From NCBI GenBank assembly GCA_964344785.1, contig CAYFOR010000003.1, positions 1 through 61,416 of the forward strand: DNA of 61,416 nt, read 5' to 3'. The stretch's first letter is position 1. Each line of letters starts with the position of its first letter. The notes below the pieces were generated by a model, which saw nothing but the letters and a program-made list of their open reading frames with translations, did no database searches and was not told the origin of the DNA. This stretch comes from an uncultured Piscirickettsiaceae bacterium. Its GTDB lineage: Bacteria; Pseudomonadota; Gammaproteobacteria; GCF-002020875. Below, piece by piece: positions 38,288-53,636 of this stretch. The position numbers and the translations under genes were made by a program.

Positions 38288-38721
38288 TGGAATCCAACTA
38301 CCGAGACACCTTCAATGGCCTCTTCTCCAGCCTGCTGCAGTGGGATGATCTTGAACAGTTCTGGCAGCGACTGAAGGAGGGAAAACAGGAGGAGTGGTAT
38401 ATCTACGCCATTGGGGAGGCCCCTCCAACCCAGCACTCCAGTGCCGAGGAGTTCATACAATTTCTCGACGAGATCGATATCCTGCTTCACCGGGAGCACC
38501 AAGAGCGCTACTGCGGCATCGTCTATACCAACCATACCGATACTCCCACCATGGTCAAGATCTACGACCCGAACAACCTCGGCCTCTCCTGCGGTTCCAG
38601 TACCAACCCTCCTCTTCCCGGCTGGGTACTCTCGCGTGAACAGCCCATCGACATGCGGCCGACCGATATCCTGCCCGGCAACCGCAAGCGTTGGTGGAGA
38701 AAGATCTTCAGGGCCGGATAA
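38287..38721 (+). CDS. Hypothetical protein
   Basis: ATG 38287 overlaps the gluQ TGA (TGATG), and the stop overlaps the next ATG (TAATG). Host-like codon usage. No motif recognised. Confidence 0.55.
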   Translation: MESNYRDTFNGLFSSLLQWDDLEQFWQRLKEGKQEEWYIYAIGEAPPTQHSSAEEFIQFLDEIDILLHREHQERYCGIVYTNHTDTPTMVKIYDPNNLGLSCGSSTNPPLPGWVLSREQPIDMRPTDILPGNRKRWWRKIFRAG

Positions 38722-39269
38722 TGTCCATCAATGAAGAAGACTCCGCACTCTTTCGTCAAGCAACAGAAGGGGTACGCAGGCTGAAAACAGAGCAGCGAGC
38801 TGAATCATCTTCCGAAAAGCCGAATCCAAAGCTGCTCCAGTCCGAAGAGCCCCCTGCTACAGCACACTGGTATGAAGATCCTGCAGGCTCATCGATTCCA
38901 CCTGATCCGGTAGAGGCCGAAGCGCCCCTCTTCTACATGCGCAGCCAACTTCCCCACACCACGGTAAAGAGACTGAAAAAGGGCGAACTCTGCTCCAACC
39001 TCGAACTGGATCTCCACGGATTGACCATCAAGCAGGCGGCGGCCGAGTTACGACAACTGATCGACCACGCCAGCCAGCAGAACACCCGCTGTTTCCACCT
39101 GATCCATGGCAAGGGGAGACGCTCCTCGGACCAGACGCCGGTACTCAAGAGTTATGTCAACCAGTGGCTTCGCCAGTCACCGGAGGTCCTTGCCTTCTGC
39201 TCTGCACGGCAGCGTGATGGGGGGACCGGTGCGCTCTACGTACTGTTAAAGAAGAGTGCCCGGCAGTAG
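38721..39269 (+). CDS. Smr domain protein
   Basis: ATG 38721 chosen. LDLHGLTIKQAAAELRQLIDH...IHGKG Smr signature. Confidence 0.8.
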   Translation: MSINEEDSALFRQATEGVRRLKTEQRAESSSEKPNPKLLQSEEPPATAHWYEDPAGSSIPPDPVEAEAPLFYMRSQLPHTTVKRLKKGELCSNLELDLHGLTIKQAAAELRQLIDHASQQNTRCFHLIHGKGRRSSDQTPVLKSYVNQWLRQSPEVLAFCSARQRDGGTGALYVLLKKSARQ

Positions 39270-39288
39270 CCGATACCTTCCCCGCCCC

Positions 39289-40179
39289 CTACTTACAGGC
39301 GAACGGCCAGATCCTTGCAGCATCTGCAGGGACTCTCTGTCCATCCTGTCTGACATAACCCACTTCAATCCCTTTGCTGGACGTCGGCAGTGCTGCCAGT
39401 GACTGAGAGTCATATGGCCCCTCTGCCCTATAGAATGCAACCGGGTCCATCCAGTAGGAGTCCTGCGGGACAAAGACCTGTCCATCGTTTGTCCACTCGG
39501 GAGACGCCGAATACAATACCGCAAAATGGAGCGCATCTCTTCTGATCCTTCTGCCCATCTTCCCGGTGTTCCATATCTTCGCAATCTCCTGCCCGGCGTT
39601 CACTTGAGCACCGATCGGCAGCGGGGACATCTCCAGCAGGTGCGTATACTGCGTATAGGTATAGAACGGCAGTCCAGTCTGCTCCGGTGTATGCCGCAGA
39701 GCCACCTCGATCCCCTTGCGATTATTGGTATTTCTGAATTTTGCAATCACGGTTCCGGCAGCAGCGGCCAACACCGGCGTACCCTTGGGCTGCGGGATAT
39801 CAACCCCTTTATGGATAGCCGGCCATCGCCGCTTGTGCGAATAGTCGATTGCCCACTTTTCCGAATCGATCTCCGGGCACCGGCCATTGCCGATGAATAC
39901 CGGTGTGTTGCCCGTCGGAACACCACCACGTGCCTTCTGGATTCGAACATGCTCTCGCTTGTCTCCCCTCGCTTTGCCGACCATCGTATAGAGCTCTGAA
40001 GGGATCTGATCAGGCTCAACATAGCCGTCAATGGCTCTGCATGCCTCACACACTGTCGCCGGATCAAACATGCCTGTATGGCTCTGACCGCCTCTCTTCT
40101 TGGTAACCGCACCTTTCTCGGCACAGGCCGTCACCATCGATAGCAAAATCGTCACAACCAATATTTTCTGATACCCCAT
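39289..40179 (-). CDS. M23 (LytM-type) peptidase lipoprotein
   Basis: ATG 40179 gives MGYQKILVVTILLSMVTAC (lipobox). HKGVDIPQPKGTPVLAAAAGTVI and a downstream HFAV His. Confidence 0.8.
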   Translation of the reverse strand: MGYQKILVVTILLSMVTACAEKGAVTKKRGGQSHTGMFDPATVCEACRAIDGYVEPDQIPSELYTMVGKARGDKREHVRIQKARGGVPTGNTPVFIGNGRCPEIDSEKWAIDYSHKRRWPAIHKGVDIPQPKGTPVLAAAAGTVIAKFRNTNNRKGIEVALRHTPEQTGLPFYTYTQYTHLLEMSPLPIGAQVNAGQEIAKIWNTGKMGRRIRRDALHFAVLYSASPEWTNDGQVFVPQDSYWMDPVAFYRAEGPYDSQSLAALPTSSKGIEVGYVRQDGQRVPADAARIWPFACK

Positions 40180-40268
40180 GTCCGATACTCCTGTTTCCAT
40201 TGCAGGTGAGACAGACAATCATCCCACAGGCTCCGCTTCACTTTCCAGATGGCGGTCAGAATAACCGG

Positions 40269-41300
40269 CTACTGGAGAAGCTCACGAAGTACGACTGTGG
40301 CATAGCTCCCGGCAGGCAGCCAGAACCGAAGTTGTAACTGATCAATCTCTTCCCATTGCCACTGCAATTGATCCGGTATCAGCCGAATCGCTCGACGGTC
40401 CTGCTCCAGCCCCATCCGCTCCAACCCCTGGCTGATCTCCTCAAAACGGGACACCACTGCCTGCTCCAGCCGTGCGACCGCCTCGCCACTCTCCAGCTTC
40501 CCCCGCCCCCACAGTGGCGCAGTAAGATGGATATCGTGCTGTTCCAATCGGCTCTCGATCTCCCAGTCGATCTCATCAACCTGAAAACGTGCACGACTGC
40601 GGTTGAGTGCGAAAACCTCTCCAGACAACGGCATTCCCCAGTTCTTCTGATCGATTCTCGCCGCACAGACCTGATTGAACAGCTCAGAGCGCAACGCAGA
40701 GAGCAGCAACCCACGCTCATGACGCCCTCGCGGCCGATATTGACCACGCAACATCTGCAGACCACGTTCGACATTGTCTCCACCACGACCAAATCGCTGC
40801 TCACCAAAGTAGTTGGGAACACCATCTTGATGAATCTGCTCCAGCCGCTCTTCGATCGCCTTCCGCTCACCTTCCACTTGACGCAACCGCAGCACGAAGT
40901 GGTTTCCCTTGAGTGCCCCCTTACGAATCTTTCTATTGTGAGGAGAGATTGCCAGAATCTTCAATGATTGCCCTTCACCAGGCATCGACTCCAGCAACTT
41001 CCAGTCCGGCTCCTCTCTGCCTGCAAGGTCGACCGAGAACCACTGACGAGTGATGGCGAAACGATCCTTGAGACCGGCCAGGCCAACATCCCGCTTTTTT
41101 ACACCAACGAGTTTTGCCAACTGGCTGGCGACCCAGTCACTATTGAGGTCTCGCTTCTCAATCTCGACCATCCGGTGTTGCCCCTCCCCGGTTGGTTGAA
41201 AACCAAGATCCTCCATGACCCGAAAATCCTCCGGGCAACTACGTACCATGGCTGATGCAACCGACTCACCATGGAGACGGGGCAGCGACTCAACACTCAT
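40269..41300 (-). CDS. truD: tRNA pseudouridine(13) synthase
   Basis: 343 aa. FRVMEDLGFQPTGEGQH and the catalytic-Asp context GLAGLKDRFAITRQW. Confidence 0.9.
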   Translation of the reverse strand: MSVESLPRLHGESVASAMVRSCPEDFRVMEDLGFQPTGEGQHRMVEIEKRDLNSDWVASQLAKLVGVKKRDVGLAGLKDRFAITRQWFSVDLAGREEPDWKLLESMPGEGQSLKILAISPHNRKIRKGALKGNHFVLRLRQVEGERKAIEERLEQIHQDGVPNYFGEQRFGRGGDNVERGLQMLRGQYRPRGRHERGLLLSALRSELFNQVCAARIDQKNWGMPLSGEVFALNRSRARFQVDEIDWEIESRLEQHDIHLTAPLWGRGKLESGEAVARLEQAVVSRFEEISQGLERMGLEQDRRAIRLIPDQLQWQWEEIDQLQLRFWLPAGSYATVVLRELLQ

Positions 41301-41776
41301 TCTACTGATGTCAGCAGCGCCACTGCATAGACTGCAATCCCCTGCTCCTGCCCGATAAAACCAAGCCGTTCGGTGGTGGTTGCCTTGACACTGACCTGTC
41401 CCATCTCAATCTGCAATACTTCACTCAGTGATGCTCTCATCGCGGTCATATGGGGGGCCAGTTTCGGACGCTGTGCCACAATCGTCAGATCAACATTGCC
41501 GATCCGATAACCGGCATCATAAATACACCGGTTGACCTCCTGCAGAAAGATACGACTGTCCTGACCACGATATTGAGGATCACTGTCCGGAAAAAGTCGA
41601 CCGATATCACCCAGTGCCGCTGCACCCAACAGTGCATCACAGAGGGCATGGATCGCCACATCCCCATCGGAGTGGGCCTTGAAACCCTGGTGGTGCGGAA
41701 CAGAGACACCACAAAGCATCAGATGGTCACCCGGCTCGAAGGCGTGGACATCATAGCCATGGCCAATCCGGATCAC
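41297..41776 (-). CDS. ispF: 2-C-methyl-D-erythritol 2,4-cyclodiphosphate synthase
   Basis: 159 aa. MIRIGHGYDVHAF...HSDGDV. Confidence 0.95.
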   Translation of the reverse strand: MIRIGHGYDVHAFEPGDHLMLCGVSVPHHQGFKAHSDGDVAIHALCDALLGAAALGDIGRLFPDSDPQYRGQDSRIFLQEVNRCIYDAGYRIGNVDLTIVAQRPKLAPHMTAMRASLSEVLQIEMGQVSVKATTTERLGFIGQEQGIAVYAVALLTSVE

Positions 41777-42465
41777 TGCAGAAAGGCCTCGGCAACCCGC
41801 AGGTCACCCGGATGGGTCACTTTGAGATTGGTGGCTGCCCCTTCAACCAGTCGGGGCCGATACCCCAATCGTTCGATCGCCTGGGCATCATCCGTCACCG
41901 CTGTGCCTGCAGCACGCCCCTGCTGCAGTGCCTCGCGAAGCAGCTTCAGGCGAAACATCTGTGGCGTCAGGGCACGCCACAGGGTCGAGCGGTCGACCGT
42001 CTCGACAACCTGTGGGCTGCCTCCCGAGCGCTTCAGGGTGTCTGTCACCGGAGCAGCCAGCAGCCCACCAACCGGGTCGTTCTCCAGTGTTTCGATCAAC
42101 CCTTGCAGATCAGACGCAGAGAGGCAGGGGCGCGCCGCATCATGTACCAGCACCCATGGGTCGTCCTCTGCCTGCTGCTCTACCTGCTGTCCGGCAAGCC
42201 AGTCAAGGGCATTGAGCACAGAATCTGAACGCTCCTGACCACCGACCACCCGGTAGATGCGCTCGGCATCACTCCACTCAAGTCTCTCCCACCATGGATC
42301 ATCTCCCGCTACAGCAACCACAACTCCTTCAACCCGGCTGTTTGAAAGCAACCGCTCGATACTGTGCTGGATCACCGTACTGCCTGCCAACGGAAGATAC
42401 TGCTTGGGACGATCACTCTGCATCCTTTTACCGACACCAGCCGCCGGTACCACGGCCCAGATCAC
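41773..42465 (-). CDS. ispD: 2-C-methyl-D-erythritol 4-phosphate cytidylyltransferase
   Basis: 230 aa. VVPAAGVGKRM P-loop-like motif. 4-nt overlaps with ftsB and ispF. Confidence 0.95.
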   Translation of the reverse strand: MIWAVVPAAGVGKRMQSDRPKQYLPLAGSTVIQHSIERLLSNSRVEGVVVAVAGDDPWWERLEWSDAERIYRVVGGQERSDSVLNALDWLAGQQVEQQAEDDPWVLVHDAARPCLSASDLQGLIETLENDPVGGLLAAPVTDTLKRSGGSPQVVETVDRSTLWRALTPQMFRLKLLREALQQGRAAGTAVTDDAQAIERLGYRPRLVEGAATNLKVTHPGDLRVAEAFLQ

Positions 42466-42803
42466 TGAATCACCTGCTCGCAGCGACCATGCTGCTCAAT
42501 CCGGGTACGTAGCGAAGCCTGGTGGTCCGGCAGCGGAATGAATATCTCGCCCGGCTTGACCATCCCCAGATCACTACGCGCCCGCTCCTCCAACGCATCC
42601 CTTCCACTCTTCAGGTCGATCACCTCTGCCCGCAACTCCCGGTTACAGGCCTCAATCTGCCGATTCTGCTCAATCTGATTCAGGATGGACGCCTCCATCT
42701 CCCATAGATAGGGAACCCCTCTCTCGGAGAACCAGAGCCTGTACTGCAACACTCCCAGCAGTATCAACAGTCCGGACATCAGCAGAAAACGGCGACTGAT
42801 CAC
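42462..42803 (-). CDS. ftsB: Cell division protein FtsB
   Basis: 113 aa. N-terminal TM, coiled coil, ARSDLGMVKPGEIF. Conserved eno-ftsB-ispD order. Confidence 0.85.
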   Translation of the reverse strand: MISRRFLLMSGLLILLGVLQYRLWFSERGVPYLWEMEASILNQIEQNRQIEACNRELRAEVIDLKSGRDALEERARSDLGMVKPGEIFIPLPDHQASLRTRIEQHGRCEQVIQ

Positions 42804-42849
42804 TACTGCTGAACAGCACCGGTATTCGTAAGACTGTCACCAATATCCA

Positions 42850-44208
<1,359 letters not shown>

Positions 44209-44273
44209 TTATACCAACAGCGCTCCACTCCCCCATTGCAGAATTATGACAGCCATCACTGCTTCTATCGGTA

Positions 44274-45107
44274 CTACAGGGACTGCTCGATAAAACCGAG
44301 CTGTTTCACATTATGGTCAATCTCCTTCAGGGTGCCCAACAGCGCAGCCATCTTGTCCAGTGGCCAGGCGTTGGGACCATCACTGAGCGCCTGGTCAGGA
44401 TTCGGGTGGGTCTCCATGAACAGCCCTGCCACTCCGACCGCCACTGCGGCTCTGGCCAGCACCGGTACAAATTCGCGCTGTCCGCCTGAACTTCCCCCCT
44501 GTCCACCCGGTAGCTGCACCGAGTGGGTACCGTCAAATACAACTGGACAAGCGGTCTCCCGCATCACCGAGAGCGAACGCATATCGGATACGAGATTGTT
44601 GTAACCAAAACTGATCCCACGCTCGCATGCCATAATCTGCTGGTTACCGGTCGCCTTCGCCTTCTCGGTCACATTTTTCATATCCCATGGAGAGAGGAAC
44701 TGCCCCTTCTTGATATTGACCGGGCGCCCCTGCCGCGCCACACTCTGGATAAAATTGGTCTGGCGACAGAGAAAGGCCGGAGTCTGCAGCACATCCACCA
44801 CCTCACTCACCTCTGCAAGCGGGGTATCCTCATGCACATCCGTCAGTACAGGTACACCGATCTGCTGCTTCACCTGCTGCAGAATCTTCAGCCCCTCTTC
44901 CATACCCGGCCCCCGATAGCTGGAGATTGAGGTGCGATTGGCCTTGTCGAATGAGGATTTGTAGATAAACGGGATTTTCAGCCGCCCGGTAATCTCCTTC
45001 AACCGACCTGCCGTATCCAGTGCCAACTGCTCACTCTCGATGACACATGGACCCGCAATCAGAAATAGTGGACGGTCCAGCCCAATCTCAAACCCACATA
45101 ACTCCAT
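44274..45107 (-). CDS. kdsA: 2-dehydro-3-deoxyphosphooctonate aldolase
   Basis: 277 aa. [11 protein letters not shown]...[10 protein letters not shown]...FDGTHSVQ. Confidence 0.95.
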   Translation of the reverse strand: MELCGFEIGLDRPLFLIAGPCVIESEQLALDTAGRLKEITGRLKIPFIYKSSFDKANRTSISSYRGPGMEEGLKILQQVKQQIGVPVLTDVHEDTPLAEVSEVVDVLQTPAFLCRQTNFIQSVARQGRPVNIKKGQFLSPWDMKNVTEKAKATGNQQIMACERGISFGYNNLVSDMRSLSVMRETACPVVFDGTHSVQLPGGQGGSSGGQREFVPVLARAAVAVGVAGLFMETHPNPDQALSDGPNAWPLDKMAALLGTLKEIDHNVKQLGFIEQSL

Positions 45108-45112
45108 CTTCT

Positions 45113-46945
<1,833 letters not shown>

Positions 46946-47023
46946 TCAATGGAGCGCGATTGTAACCTAGGACCCCTATCAAATGATAATTACGGATGCA
47001 GACCTGCACGGCAGAAGAACCGC

Positions 47024-47503
47024 TCAGGCTACGTATCGCACCTCGACAATTTCCAGGTTGCGAGTGCCGCCAGGGGCCTGTACCACCGCCACATCTCCCT
47101 CTTCCTTGCCGATCATGGCACGGGCAATGGGTGAATTCACCGAAATGCGCCCCTCCTTGATATCGGATTCGTCATCACCGACGATCTGGTAGGTGACCCC
47201 TTCACCGCTATCCTCATCCTCAAGGTCAACCGTAACCCCAAAGACCACCTTGCCATTCCTCGGCAGTGTGGAGACGTCAATCTCCTGGCAATTGCCCAGT
47301 TTTGACTCAAGATCCTGAATCCGACCCTCGATAAAACCCTGCTGCTCACGTGCAGCATGGTATTCGGCATTCTCCTTGAGGTCGCCATGTGCACGTGCCT
47401 CGGCAATCGCATCGATCACCTGGGGGCGCTCAACGGTCTTTAGCTGATTGAGTTCTTCACGCAGTCTTTCAGCACCCTTTACAGTCAATGGAACCTTGCT
47501 CAT
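47024..47503 (-). CDS. greA: Transcription elongation factor GreA
   Basis: 159 aa. [14 protein letters not shown]...[15 protein letters not shown]. Confidence 0.95.
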   Translation of the reverse strand: MSKVPLTVKGAERLREELNQLKTVERPQVIDAIAEARAHGDLKENAEYHAAREQQGFIEGRIQDLESKLGNCQEIDVSTLPRNGKVVFGVTVDLEDEDSGEGVTYQIVGDDESDIKEGRISVNSPIARAMIGKEEGDVAVVQAPGGTRNLEIVEVRYVA

Positions 47504-47505
47504 GA

Positions 47506-50724
<3,219 letters not shown>

Positions 50725-50725
50725 A

Positions 50726-51886
50726 TTACGCTCCCTGCAACGCATCCCTGCGCTGCTGCATCAATTCGATAAAGTGGTCAAACAACGGGGCCACATCGTG
50801 TGGGCCCGGACTTGCCTCCGGGTGCCCCTGAAAACTGAACGCGGGGCAATCGGTCCGTTCCACCCCCTGCAGTGAACCATCAAACAGTGACCGATGGGTA
50901 GCCTTCAGGTTTTCCGGCAGGCTCTCTTCATCCACCGCGAAGCCATGGTTCTGACTGGTGATCATCACCTCACCCCCCTGCAAGGACTGAACCGGATGGT
51001 TGGCACCATGATGGCCGAACTTCATCTTCACAGTCTTTGCACCGCTGGCCAGGGAGAGCAGTTGGTGCCCCAGACAGATCCCGAACAGTGGCATCTTCTC
51101 TGCGAGCAGCCGCTGAATGTTCTGCCGGGCGTAGTCACACGGTTCCGGGTCTCCCGGGCCATTGGAGAGGAAGACCCCGTCCGGCTCGAGTGAAAGCACC
51201 TCCTCCACCTCGGTATCAGCCGGTACCACCTGCAGACGACAGCCTCGATCCACCAGCATCCGCAGGATATTGCGTTTTACCCCATAGTCGTAGACCACGA
51301 CATTCCAGGGTAGTGAAGAGGGGTTCTCAACCGGCTCAGGCAACCCTTCCTCCAGACTCCAGCTCCCCTGCTCCCAGTCGTACTGGCTGCGGGTGGTCGC
51401 CTCGATCGCCAGATCCATTCCCTTCAACCCGGCAAAACCTCTGGCCAGATCCACTGCCGCATCCGCATCAATCTCCTCACCCGCAACAATGGCACCATTT
51501 TGCGCCCCCTTCTCCCGCAGAATTCGGGTCAGCCTTCGGGTATCGATACCGGCAATCGCCACCGTTCGGTTGCGCTCCAGATAGTCGCCCAGATCCTCGG
51601 TACTGCGCCAGTTACTGGTGATCTGGGAGCGGTCACGAATCACCAGACCGGCCGCCATCACCCCGCCTGCCGACTCCTCATCCTCACCATTGGTTCCGAC
51701 ATTGCCAATGTGTGGATAGGTGAGGGTTACAATCTGTCTGAGATACGAGGGGTCAGTCAGAATTTCCTGATATCCGGTCAATGCGGTGTTGAATACCACC
51801 TCACCCACCGTCTCACCAGAAACGCCTATCGACTCCCCATAAAAGAGGCTCCCATCTTCCAGTGCCAGCAGTGCAGGTGTAGTCAT
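50726..51886 (-). CDS. carA: Carbamoyl-phosphate synthase small subunit
   Basis: ATG 51886 gives [17 protein letters not shown]. GATase site GICLGHQ. The stop lies 1 nt before the carB ATG. Confidence 0.95.
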   Translation of the reverse strand: MTTPALLALEDGSLFYGESIGVSGETVGEVVFNTALTGYQEILTDPSYLRQIVTLTYPHIGNVGTNGEDEESAGGVMAAGLVIRDRSQITSNWRSTEDLGDYLERNRTVAIAGIDTRRLTRILREKGAQNGAIVAGEEIDADAAVDLARGFAGLKGMDLAIEATTRSQYDWEQGSWSLEEGLPEPVENPSSLPWNVVVYDYGVKRNILRMLVDRGCRLQVVPADTEVEEVLSLEPDGVFLSNGPGDPEPCDYARQNIQRLLAEKMPLFGICLGHQLLSLASGAKTVKMKFGHHGANHPVQSLQGGEVMITSQNHGFAVDEESLPENLKATHRSLFDGSLQGVERTDCPAFSFQGHPEASPGPHDVAPLFDHFIELMQQRRDALQGA

Positions 51887-52140
51887 CGTATCCCTTCTTC
51901 CGCGCATAGAAAACGGGACCCAATTGATCGTTATCAGTGCGAAACTGGCACCAATACAATGCGGATCCCGTTATCGAAGAAAACTCCATTCGGTCCAACT
52001 CTTCCCGATTCGGAAAGTAAAGTGGAGGGGGATTTTACTATTCCTGCCGAAAAAGTTCCAACCAGATGGAAAAGCAGCCATATCCGTTTGATACCACTAC
52101 CCGGAATGGGCCACCATTTGAGGTACCTTAACCCCCACCT

Positions 52141-52890
52141 TTACCTTTGATAGGGAAATGATGGATAGGGATACGGCGCAGGCGGCGGATAACGGCCGGT
52201 GCGATTCTGCAATGGAGGCTGCTCGATTTCGGGCGGCGTCCAGTAGAGAATCTTTCCACTCACCAGAATCTGTTCATCTCCATCCGCAAAGACCTTGAAA
52301 GGCTCCCAGTTGGAGTAGCTGCCCTGCTCTTCCTGCTGAACGGCATAGGGAAAGATCCACTCACAGAGGTAGCGCTCATTGAGCGAGCCACGACTGCAAG
52401 CAACCGACGTACCGGAGTCGAAGTTGATCACCATTTTCTGCAAACCCAGCGAGACCTTGCACTCGCTGCCGATCTGCTTCTGAACACCGGGATCATTGAC
52501 CCAGTCGTACTCTTCCCGGGTCATTGGCTTGACATCCCCTTCATTGACCATTCTCGACCCATTCTGCACCCGGTTCATCTGCATGAAGCAGCGACCGGAC
52601 TCACTTTTGAAGAGTGTTCGGGTAGAGATATAGCCGTGGGTCTTGTCATTGTACTCATTGAAGACCATCACCTTCTGGTAGAAGACATCCTCACCAGCAG
52701 TCGACTTCTCGACCGGTTTCACCTCGACGGCGGTCGGCTCCTCGATCTCCCGCTTGACACTCTCCTGTTCAAACTCGGACGCCTTCTTGGGTTGAATGAG
52801 GGCAATAAAGATCATGATGAACAGCAGATCCAGCAGCGAGGTCAGATGGACCCTGCTTCTCCACTTGAGCGCTTTGCGGTTCGAGATCAT
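52141..52890 (-). CDS. ExbD/TolR-like TM anchor fused to an unrecognised Cys-containing periplasmic domain with a Pro/Tyr-rich C-terminus
   Basis: ATG 52890 overlaps the upstream stop (ATGA). The single TM HLTSLLDLLFIMIFIALI has the conserved Asp position of ExbD/TolR. About 200 aa follow with 4 Cys and no motif I recognise. Ends PPPAPYPYPSFPYQR. Confidence 0.6.
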   Translation of the reverse strand: MISNRKALKWRSRVHLTSLLDLLFIMIFIALIQPKKASEFEQESVKREIEEPTAVEVKPVEKSTAGEDVFYQKVMVFNEYNDKTHGYISTRTLFKSESGRCFMQMNRVQNGSRMVNEGDVKPMTREEYDWVNDPGVQKQIGSECKVSLGLQKMVINFDSGTSVACSRGSLNERYLCEWIFPYAVQQEEQGSYSNWEPFKVFADGDEQILVSGKILYWTPPEIEQPPLQNRTGRYPPPAPYPYPSFPYQR

Positions 52891-53507
52891 CCCAACTGAC
52901 ACCGCGAAACAATGCTCTTGAAGTCGATACTCTCGTTGATCAACCGCTCGATCTTCGGGTTGAGCAGGCTCTCTACCAGCATGAAGATCACCGAAAAGGC
53001 GATACCGAGAATGGTGGTATCCATCGCCAGAACAAAGGCACTGGTCAGCCGTGATGCATCGATTCCACCCCCCTCAAAGGCAGTGCCTGCAATGGCCAGG
53101 ATGGTTCCGAGAATACCCAGCAGGGGAAAAACCTGTACCAGCGTGGACATCACACTGCTTGCGCTCTCAATCGTATAGTAGCGGTTATAGAGATTCCTCT
53201 CGGAGAGCTTGGAGACATTGTTCTTGATCACCTCGGATGCACTTTCATCCAGCAGAATCTTGTTGGAGAGATAGTGCAGGGCCGAGTCGATCATCTCATG
53301 CGGCTTCTGCAGTGAATCCTGGTCCGGTGCATCGGAGAACCCCTTGACCAGATTCTTCGAGACATCCTGCAGGCGCAAACTGTGCCTTCTCATCGAGGTG
53401 ATGATCACCGCAATGATCGCCACCTCCACCAGCGCCAGCAGATAGATCAGCTCAAAGATGTGGTCGGTAACGACAGTAAAAATGCTTTGAATCGGGGATA
53501 CATCCAT
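52887..53507 (-). CDS. MotA/TolQ/ExbB proton-channel family protein
   Basis: 206 aa, three TM segments. Family signatures FPLLGILGTILAIAG and AMDTTILGIAFSVIFML. Confidence 0.75.
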   Translation of the reverse strand: MDVSPIQSIFTVVTDHIFELIYLLALVEVAIIAVIITSMRRHSLRLQDVSKNLVKGFSDAPDQDSLQKPHEMIDSALHYLSNKILLDESASEVIKNNVSKLSERNLYNRYYTIESASSVMSTLVQVFPLLGILGTILAIAGTAFEGGGIDASRLTSAFVLAMDTTILGIAFSVIFMLVESLLNPKIERLINESIDFKSIVSRCQLG

Positions 53508-53636
53508 GAGTCACTCCTGATTCAGACCCAAGGGCCCGGGGACGGTAAAAGATACGAGATGGTTGAGGGATTATCACTCAGAATGGTCAGACGCTACCAG
53601 ATAACTACCACAATCACCATCCTGAAAGGGAACTGC

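Noticed and set aside
52141-53507. Zorya-type defence system, flagellar stator, or Tol-Pal/TonB locus
   Set aside because: The MotA-family protein is short (206 aa) with no long cytoplasmic tail as in ZorA. There are no ZorC/D-like or nuclease/helicase genes nearby. The partner lacks an OmpA-like peptidoglycan-binding motif (so it is not MotB/ZorB-like), and no TolA/TolB/Pal/TonB genes are adjacent.
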